Assembly (NCBI GenBank): GCA_012862495.1
Contig: BLSG01000410.1
Coordinates: forward strand, 49,590 to 89,888
DNA from: Thraustochytrium aureum
Taxonomy: Eukaryota
Direction of reading: 5' to 3'
Length of the DNA: 40,299 nt
The translations under genes were made by a program, and so were the position numbers. Under the pieces are notes generated by a model that was given only the letters and a program-made list of their open reading frames with translations, ran no database searches and had not been told where the DNA came from. The stretch's first letter is position 1. Every line of letters begins with the position of its first letter. Below, in pieces: positions 32,803 through 40,299 of this stretch.

Positions 32803-34131
32803 TTAAATGGAGGGGAGCATGATGGCGACCAGCTCGTTCACGCTGTACACGATGCTGTTCCGGCAGTTGGCGGGAACAGAGTCCGTGATCCAGTGGAAGA
32901 AGTTTCTGCAAGCATCAACCTCTTTCTGGCCGCGCTTGCGCAATTTCAAGAACTCGCCGACGAGTTCCATCGCCGTGGTCATGCCCCCCGTCGTTTTCTT
33001 ACTCGTTTTCTTGCTCGTTTTCTTTTTCAAGCCGGCCGCGCCCACCTCGCCAATACTTGGGACGGTCTTGACGCTGCCTTTAAGGTTGGCCTTGCGAAAC
33101 GCTTCCATTTGATTGACGCTGACGCGCGCAGCGCGCGCGCTGTACGGACGGGTGGCTTCAAGTTGCTGCATCTTGGTTCTGGCCCGGTCGATCCAGGGAA
33201 AGCCGTCTGCATCTTGCAGACGTTCGCGGCACTTCGCGAGAAGACGGTCAAGGAGCGCCACTAGATGATACGCGACAGCAGAGTCCAGCGCGCGGAATCG
33301 CGTAGCCACTCCCACACAGGCTTCGCCTTGTTGCCGGACTCGCCCTTGCTCAGGCGACTGAGATACTCGCCGAACAGCACGTATGGAGAGTCCACTGAAG
33401 CCTTCGCCAGCAAGGCCGCGTCGGCCTTCGAGATGGTCTTTAGGTCGGCCGCGATGTCGCCACCCCATGAACCGCTCAAGAACGCTTTAACGCGCGTGCC
33501 AGTGCAGCTTTTCCGTGCCTCTGCCATCCGTTTCAAGCTGAAAGCTTCCCGGGGAGGGATCGCGCGAATGGGCTTGTCTGCCGGCACGCTTTCCCGCTCC
33601 GCTTCCATCCGTTGCGAGCTGAGAGCTTCCCGGGGAGGGATCGTGAGAAGGGGCCTGTCTGCCGGCAGGCTTTTCCGCAATTCAGCGAGCACCTCTACGA
33701 GGGCTTTCGCGGCCACTTTGTACTTCTGAACCTTGCCGCACAGGTAGCTTTCGGCGAATGCCGTGTCTTGGGCCTTGTTGCCGCTCGGCAGCCGAAGGAG
33801 CAAGGTGCCGTACACTTGGAACGCGGAGGTGATGCCAGCTTTGTTAAACCGGTTCACCGCAGTTCTGCCGCACTGGTGGAGCGAGTCCAGCCTCTCGCCG
33901 AGCGACTGGCCCTCAACCATCCCTCTGACCTTGCTGAACGTGTACTTCGCGACCTGTTGGGCCTTGGCGTTGGCGATTCCTTGACGTTTCAGCCACGCGA
34001 CCATCGACGAGTAGGCGCCGTCGGGTCTCCGTTGCCCAGCCATCCAGTACAGCTGCACGCCGAACAGCTGCACCACGGTCTCCACTTTTTCCTGAATGCC
34101 ATCCAGCATCGCGCCCGCAAGAAGCTGCGCT
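32803..34131 (-). CDS. Multi-module BAF-like (helix-hairpin-helix) protein, at least 4 diverged repeats; frame break ~33290; 5' end in gap
   Basis: Repeated pattern [HhH-like]...(T/S).(Y/F/M)(Q/E/V)(L/V).G.(F/Y/L)L...W(L/I): VKTVPSIGEVG..TAMELVGEFLKLRK..FFHWI; DSPYVLFGEYL..WEWL; TSAFQVYGTLL; TVVQLFG..VAWL. The last module aligns by eye with the neighbouring single-domain genes. Confidence 0.65.
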
Positions 34132-35027
34132 NNNNNNNNNNNNNNNNNNNNNNNNNNNNNNNNNNNNNNNNNNNNNNNNNNNNNNNNNNNNNNNNNNNNN
34201 NNNNNNNNNNNNNNNNNNNNNNNNNNNNNNNNNNNNNNNNNNNNNNNNNNNNNNNNNNNNNNNNNNNNNNNNNNNNNNNNNNNNNNNNNNNNNNNNNNNN
34301 NNNNNNNNNNNNNNNNNNNNNNNNNNNNNNNNNNNNNNNNNNNNNNNNNNNNNNNNNNNNNNNNNNNNNNNNNNNNNNNNNNNNNNNNNNNNNNNNNNNN
34401 NNNNNNNNNNNNNNNNNNNNNNNNNNNNNNNNNNNNNNNNNNNNNNNNNNNNNNNNNNNNNNNNNNNNNNNNNNNNNNNNNNNNNNNNNNNNNNNNNNNN
34501 NNNNNNNNNNNTCTGCCGTGCCGCTGCCGGTGGCTCGAGGAGAATCTGACCGGTAGGCCACCGGTGATGCACAGGTGAGCGAGCCCAATCTTTTGACTCG
34601 GAAGTGTGTCCGTCACTGGCGGTCACGGTGGCCGAACAGCGCGTGCGCGGGACGGTGCGAGCATCGATCGCGCTCCAGGTCGTTCAGCGCGTTGGCCGGT
34701 AGGGTTGCCAAGCAATCAAGTGTGCGAAGATCGCGCGGAGCGCGCGCGAGTGGGAAGAGACTGTGGTTGGGGAAAACGTTGACTCGACGTGAGCGCGTTG
34801 TTTGCGGCACGCGCGCCCGGGTGGTGCTGTTGGTCAACAACATCAACCTTTGATCATGGTGCGTGGACACTGGGAAAGGAAACGAAAAAAAGCGACGCTA
34901 CTTTGGTTGAGCTGCTGAGCCAGCGCTCGGTTTACTCTACGGGTTTGCCTTCCCTTCCTGCAAACAAGTGCTTGCCAGTGGGCTGGTTGTCCTCGGTGCT
35001 CTGCACCGGGTGGCTTCCACCGCGCCA

Positions 35028-35423
35028 TCACTTGGGCTCCTCTTTGACCGCGGGGGCAGCGACCTCTTCGGTTGTGGCGTCATCATCAGGCACGTAAATG
35101 CCAGGCATCATGATGTTGAGCTTTTCAGCAAGACTGAGGATGATCCCCGAGCGGTGCGCGTTGAGGCCGCGGGCCTGCAGCCAATACCACATAGCGTTGC
35201 AATGCTCCTTCTGCGACACGCCGCGCCCTTTGAGAGCGAGAAACTTGCCGAGCAGCTGGTATGACGAGGTAACTGGCTGATCGCCCTCGACCGGCCTGCT
35301 CAACATCTCCACGGCCTTGGGCCCTATCCCAGGTACCGTCGAAAGGTCCTCCGACACGGGAGCAGCAAGAAACATATCGATCACGCCTGCGCTCACCTTT
35401 GAATTGTTCGGATGGAACACCAT
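35028..35423 (-). CDS. BAF-like (barrier-to-autointegration factor-like) small HhH protein, paralog B (131 aa)
   Basis: MVFHPNNSKVSAGVIDMFLAAPVSEDLSTVPGIGPKA...SSYQLLGKFLALKG...MWYWLQ resembles human BAF FVAEPMGEK..LAGIG..AYVVLGQFLVLK..FREWLK. Confidence 0.75.
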   Translation of the reverse strand: MVFHPNNSKVSAGVIDMFLAAPVSEDLSTVPGIGPKAVEMLSRPVEGDQPVTSSYQLLGKFLALKGRGVSQKEHCNAMWYWLQARGLNAHRSGIILSLAEKLNIMMPGIYVPDDDATTEEVAAPAVKEEPK

Positions 35424-36469
35424 CCTGCCCGAGTCGAGTCGTCGCTCAACACAACGATCGCCTTCCGCAGTTGCTGCTGCTGTTGCCAAAGGCGCCTGTC
35501 CGAGTCGACCGTGTTGCTCCCTGCGTCGAGTTGCGGGTCTGCTGATGCCCGGCAGGCATAGTTCGCAACCGGAGATAGGGTAGTAGCTAAAACTCTCAAT
35601 CGATAGGTTCTCCAGAGTAAGAGCACTGTGAGTGATCGAGTTCGCCCGCGGCTCGAGGGCCTTGGCAGCTGCTTGCACCGTCAAGTTCGCAGCCCATCCC
35701 ATGCGGCGAACCGCCTCTGTGACTCGCAAGAAGTGGCGAACTTGCAGTATCGTGTTTCCGGAAGCTGCGGTCGATGTGGCCCTGCCCACCTTGCCAGAAC
35801 CTCAAAAGCACGGACCGAATGGCGGCGCGAGCCGAGCGCGCGCGAGTGTACTCGTGTGGGAGTGGTGCCTTGGAAGACGAACGGCAATGGCGAATCAAAG
35901 TCGAAGGAAGCGGCGCCACAGCCAGCATTGCAGCTCGCCATGCGTGCTGCTGCGGCAAGTGGTGAACAGAAAACACCGCCTTGAGGCTTCTTCCGCTGGC
36001 TCGGACCAAATCGGATGAAGCGGAGAGTACAGCACCACTGGCGCCTGGTGAAGAGGTAAGTACCACCTTGGCGCGGCGCTGGGAGTGCTGTTGCTCCTGG
36101 TCCGCAGGACTGCCCGTTTGGGGTGCAGCCAACGGCGAGCCGCAGATTTGTGTTGCATGCGCCATTGCAGTTTGGTACGAGGTCTGCCCGGACGGGATCA
36201 AGCGAATCGATTTGCGCAGGCATGTGTGGGCATTATGGAATCGAAGGCGCTGGTTCAAGTCGCCTGTTCCGTTCATTTGCTTCAGATGCGAGCGGGCGAG
36301 AGGGCGGAGGCCCGACAAGGGGAGAGGCGGGAACGTTTAACATTTGTATCGGATTTCCTGGCGGCCGTTTTCACGCTGTGAGCCTGACATCCCACATTAA
36401 GCGCTGGTACGCGTGGGCTTGGCCGCCCATGGCCTCCTCGCCCAGCGACGCTGTGGCGTCCATTCGCCA

Positions 36470-36844
36470 TCACTTGGCCTCTTCTTTGGTCGGGCTCGCG
36501 GCATCACTGTCGTAGAGGCCGGGCATCATGATGTTGAGCTTCTCAGCCAGACTGTGCACGATTCCAGCGCGAAAGGAGGACACCCCTCGCGCCTGGAGCC
36601 AGAACCACATCGCGTCGCAGTGCTCCTTCTGCGAAACTCCCCTGCCCTTGAGCGTGAGAAACTTGCCGAGCAGCTGATATGTCGAGGTGACCGCCTGGTC
36701 GCCCTCAATCGCCTTGCCCAGGTTCTCGATGGCCTTTGGCCCAATCCCAGGAACGGTCGACAGGTCCTCCGAGACGGGAGCGGAGAGAAACTCAGCAAGC
36801 GCCGAGTCGCTCACCTGCGACTTGTTCGCGTCAAACCCAGCCAT
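36470..36844 (-). CDS. BAF-like small HhH protein, paralog A (124 aa)
   Basis: MAGFDANKSQVSDSALAEFLSAPVSEDLSTVPGIGPKA...STYQLLGKFLTLKG...MWFWLQ. Highly similar to the 35028-35423 gene at protein and DNA level. Confidence 0.8.
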   Translation of the reverse strand: MAGFDANKSQVSDSALAEFLSAPVSEDLSTVPGIGPKAIENLGKAIEGDQAVTSTYQLLGKFLTLKGRGVSQKEHCDAMWFWLQARGVSSFRAGIVHSLAEKLNIMMPGLYDSDAASPTKEEAK

Positions 36845-38275
36845 CTCGCCTTTGAAGGAAGCCGCGAGTCAAAATCGTGAACGAGAAAGAGCAACTCCGC
36901 TGTCCGCAACGCAAACGCTCCCTCACCGACAACGCAGCGCTTCGCTCGTGCACAACGACGACGCCTTGCTCCACCTGCTCGCGCCACGCCTGCCTCTTTC
37001 GTTCTTGGCCGGCTTGCGTTGTGCGTCTGCTCGGGGCCAACTCGACGAATTCGAACAAGGAGGAAAACCGCCAAGAAAAGAACAGCTCGTTCGGAACAGA
37101 CACAGGCTGTTTCGCGCAGATGGTGATCGATGATTTCTTCAGACCCGCAGACTGCCTGGCCCGGGCTGGCCTGGCCCTCGCACTCGCGCCCGACTCGATT
37201 ACCGCCCGCAGGCTCTGTGGTGGTCGCATGTGATCCTTGCCCATCGCCCATCGCGCCGCGACTGGTCTCCACCGTCAGAGTACTCCAGAGGTGCAAGTAC
37301 TCTTACACGGTCTCGCAGGGCGACGAAGTTGTGCTGGAAGATGGCCGCACGGCTGGGCTTTTGCCACGTCGCTGGCCATCTCCAACGCGCATTCCCTCCT
37401 GACTCGATTCATGCTTTGCTTTCATGGGTTTGCAGCTGCAGCAGCGCGCGAGACCGTCCTCTGCGACATCACATCTGTGACTGGGATTCCGCCGAACAAA
37501 AGAACCCTCGTGCGGAACGCTTCGCGGCGCGGCACGCAAAAGTGTGAATTTGATTTTTGTGTTGTGATTTTTGAGAGAAAACGAGTTGGTGCAAAAGTGG
37601 ACTCGTTGGACTGCGGCTGCGACAGGAACTGGCTCCCTCGAGAGAGAGCGCGAGCGTGGGGCAGCAGGCAAAGATTGTGTGACCAGCGCCTCGACTCCCG
37701 CCCGTGATCGGTCACGCCGACGGCAGAATCTACTTTTGGCCAACGGCACCTGCAGATGGGAAACGTGCTTGGAGCGCGTGCTGTTCTTGATCGTCGCGTC
37801 GTGGATTCTCGGGTGATCCAGATCCACTTGGCTGGCTTGTTGCAGCGCAGCAGGATTGCCATGGACCCGTGGTCCGTGGGGCTGACAAAAGTATTGAGAG
37901 GGACCCAGAAAATAAAAAGTTGACAGTTGTCAACAGTCCAGCGGTCCAATTCTGAGACAAAGACCCGCCTGGCTTTCGATGGGCGTCCAGGGACCCTTCC
38001 CTTCGAGGCCGTTTCAAACAGGGACTCGGGATCCAGAACTAGAAAAATAGGACGACTGTCATGTCGTCTGTGCCAGATCCCGCTGTTCAGCAAAACCCAA
38101 TCATCGCCCAGCACCAGTACCAACAGCAGCCGCAAACGCTCAAGCCCCTTTCTCGAGCGATCGCACGAGCCGTACCGGGCCGCGCCAACAAGTCGGCCAG
38201 CCGCCGAGCCCCCAAGACAGCACGCCGCGTGGCAGTTCCAGAGGCAAAAACGCGCGAGCGAGCGCAGCAAAAACT

Positions 38276-39100
38276 ATGGTCCACCCAGGGGCGAACCCGA
38301 CAGTGCCAAACCCGACGAGCTCGACCACCCTCCCACCTGTACACAAGGACCGCAAGGGCGCTGCCGGTGCCAACCCGAAACGCAGGACAAGCCCGAACGC
38401 GGCTGCTGCCACAAACAAGAACGCATACACGAGCGCGCGACTCACAGCAGCGCGGCAAAGCGCAAAGCGCGATTCAGCCCCTCCGCAGAGCCCGCAGGAC
38501 CGCGGTCGCCTGACAGTCGTGCTCGACGTTGACGAGACGCTCATCCACAGCCGGCTCACGGGCCAGCAAGAGGCGTTTCGTCAGCACGAAGACCGCAAAG
38601 AGGCGACTGCGCTCGACGAGTTTACCATCACCCTGAACGACGGCGAGATCGTGCGCGTCAACAAGCGGCCAGGGCTTGACAAGTTTCTCGCCGAGGCGTC
38701 AAAGCACTATGAGATTATGGCCTACACCGCAGGCCTCGAGGAGTACGCGCGCCCCCTGCTTGACTGGCTCGATCCAGACGGCACTATTTTCCGCTGCCGC
38801 CTGTACCGCGACTCGTGCCTGTTCATGCGCGGGTACTACCTCAAGGATCTCGAGAAGCTCAACCGCCCGATGAACCGCATCGTCCTCGTTGACAACAACG
38901 CGTTTTGCTTTCTGCCGCAGCTGGCCAACGGGATCCCCATCTCGAGTTTTTACGACGACGCCACGGACACGGCGCTCTCTGTCCTGCTCAGCTTTCTCGA
39001 GCGGATCCGAGACGAGCAAGACGTGCGGCCATTCTTGCGCAAGAGCTTCAACCTCGAGACACTGCTCAAGGAGCACCGCTCGCAAATTGTCGGGGTTTGA
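38276..39100 (+). CDS. SCP/FCP1-like (NIF-domain) HAD-family CTD small phosphatase
   Basis: VLDVDETLIHS (DxDxT), KRPGLDKFL, YTAGLEEYA, RLYRDSC, YLKDL, VLVDN and NGIPISSF. Confidence 0.95.
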   Translation: MVHPGANPTVPNPTSSTTLPPVHKDRKGAAGANPKRRTSPNAAAATNKNAYTSARLTAARQSAKRDSAPPQSPQDRGRLTVVLDVDETLIHSRLTGQQEAFRQHEDRKEATALDEFTITLNDGEIVRVNKRPGLDKFLAEASKHYEIMAYTAGLEEYARPLLDWLDPDGTIFRCRLYRDSCLFMRGYYLKDLEKLNRPMNRIVLVDNNAFCFLPQLANGIPISSFYDDATDTALSVLLSFLERIRDEQDVRPFLRKSFNLETLLKEHRSQIVGV

Positions 39101-39631
39101 TGAGTGACCCCGAGCCCTCGTGGAAATCATGGCAATGCGGTTTTCTGTCATGGTCTTCCGCTGAAACTCTGCGCTGGGGCTTCGGGCCCTCGCGCGCCAA
39201 TTGTGAACTATTCTCCTGCCTTGCAGAGGCCTGGGCTCGGCGGGTTGGTGGCCAAAGGAATGCTTTTGCGGGCCTAGTGGGAGACACGGTGCGGAACGTG
39301 GCAGCCTTTGCGTGCGCTGCCCGGTCTTCGCCTTGCGCCTTCACTTGGCTCCAAGCAGCGAGCAACGCAAAGCCGACAACTATTGGGCTCGGGGCGCTCG
39401 CGTGCAAGTGCGCGCGAGGCCTGGTGCTTGCAAACCTATTGTGCGTTGTGTGGCCTCACCCGATAGTCCACTACCTCCAGTTGTCTAGAATATTGCAACG
39501 ACGAAACTTCTTTGTGGCGTAGACTACGCCGAGATCCGCGTTTGCGCCTGTTGGGCGAGCTCGTCCTGCTACTTGTCGCTGAGGCAATTGCAAGATTTTG
39601 TTGTTGTTGTTGTTGTTGTTGGACTAGCCGA

Positions 39632-40205
39632 TTAGCATGGGATGGGGACGACCTCCTCCGTGAAGGTGAACAGGCCCTCCTTGAGCGGATGGGACACGAA
39701 TGCCGATCCGTCAAGCGTCATCGTCGTGCTTGGCCCGGAGAGGCAGTCGGCGCCGATTACAGCCATTGTGAAAGCGGTGAAGCCAGAATTCGGGATGGCG
39801 GCGGCAACGGTCACCGGGACGTCGGTCTCCTCGCCGCTTGCAAGCGTTTTCTCGCCAATGGCCTCCACAGAGATCTCGATTGGGCCTTTGGAAAACTGGA
39901 GTTTGATGTCTTTGACAGAAATGCTGAGGTAGTTGTCGTTGCGCACGCGCGGGGTGAGCGTTCCGTTGATGAACAGAAAGTCGCTCGTCAGCGCGAGCCT
40001 GACTTGACTAAACGAAGCCGAGTCCACTTGAACAACGAGATCCCTTGGGAACAGAATGAAGGTCACCACGCCTGCAGCTAACCAGGACAAAGAGCACGAC
40101 CGCCGAGATCACCTTGACTCGCGGAGTGCAGCACTCTCTCCGTTCCCCGCCCACGCCAACATCGTACTCGACCTGCGCCACGGGCACTTCCTTGCCATAG
40201 TTCAT
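39632..40205 (-). CDS. Single-pass membrane protein with LEA_2-like domain; frame break ~40081
   Basis: Cys-Cys then a TM segment (VISAVVLFVL|LAAGVVTFILFPR) across a 1-nt frame change, followed by a beta-rich domain with VRNDNYLSISVKDI. Confidence 0.6.
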
Positions 40206-40299
40206 TTTTCCGCGCTGCGCCACCTCAGCCAGACCGCTTCCCAGCAAGGCCAACGACAGGCGTTGCTGGCTGGGCACCTTCGTTCGAGTCAGCAGCAGC

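Noticed and set aside
35424..35789. N-terminal extension of BAF-like paralog B in the 253-aa ORF
   Set aside because: It starts at GTG and has no similarity to paralog A. ATG 35423 aligns with the start of paralog A.
36845..38275. ORFs of 100-280 aa between BAF-like paralog A and the phosphatase
   Set aside because: No motifs and non-coding-like composition; probably a divergent promoter/UTR region.

Overview
GC-rich, gene-dense eukaryotic scaffold with many N-gaps and short (66-93 nt) GT-AG introns that carry CTAAC/CTGAC branch points. It looks like a protist, possibly a stramenopile/thraustochytrid (inference only). It encodes about 20 mostly housekeeping proteins: a receptor-type class III nucleotide cyclase, VPS26, a CAAX-tailed inositol 5-phosphatase, a secreted class-3 lipase, an NDP-glucose 4,6-dehydratase, GET1/WRB, HMG-CoA lyase, an ABCG half-transporter, an NDUFAF3/Mth938-like protein, a CID-domain protein, UFD1, a BRO1+UBM protein, an SCP/FCP1-type phosphatase, a LEA_2-like membrane protein and several hypotheticals. 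The most notable feature is a co-oriented minus-strand cluster at ~32.8-36.85 kb of barrier-to-autointegration factor (BAF)-like genes: two close single-domain paralogs plus one gene with at least four diverged tandem BAF-like modules. The cyclase has Cya2-like guanylyl specificity residues. At least five genes carry single-base frame breaks, most likely assembly indels. No rRNA, tRNA, CRISPR array or recognisable transposase was found.
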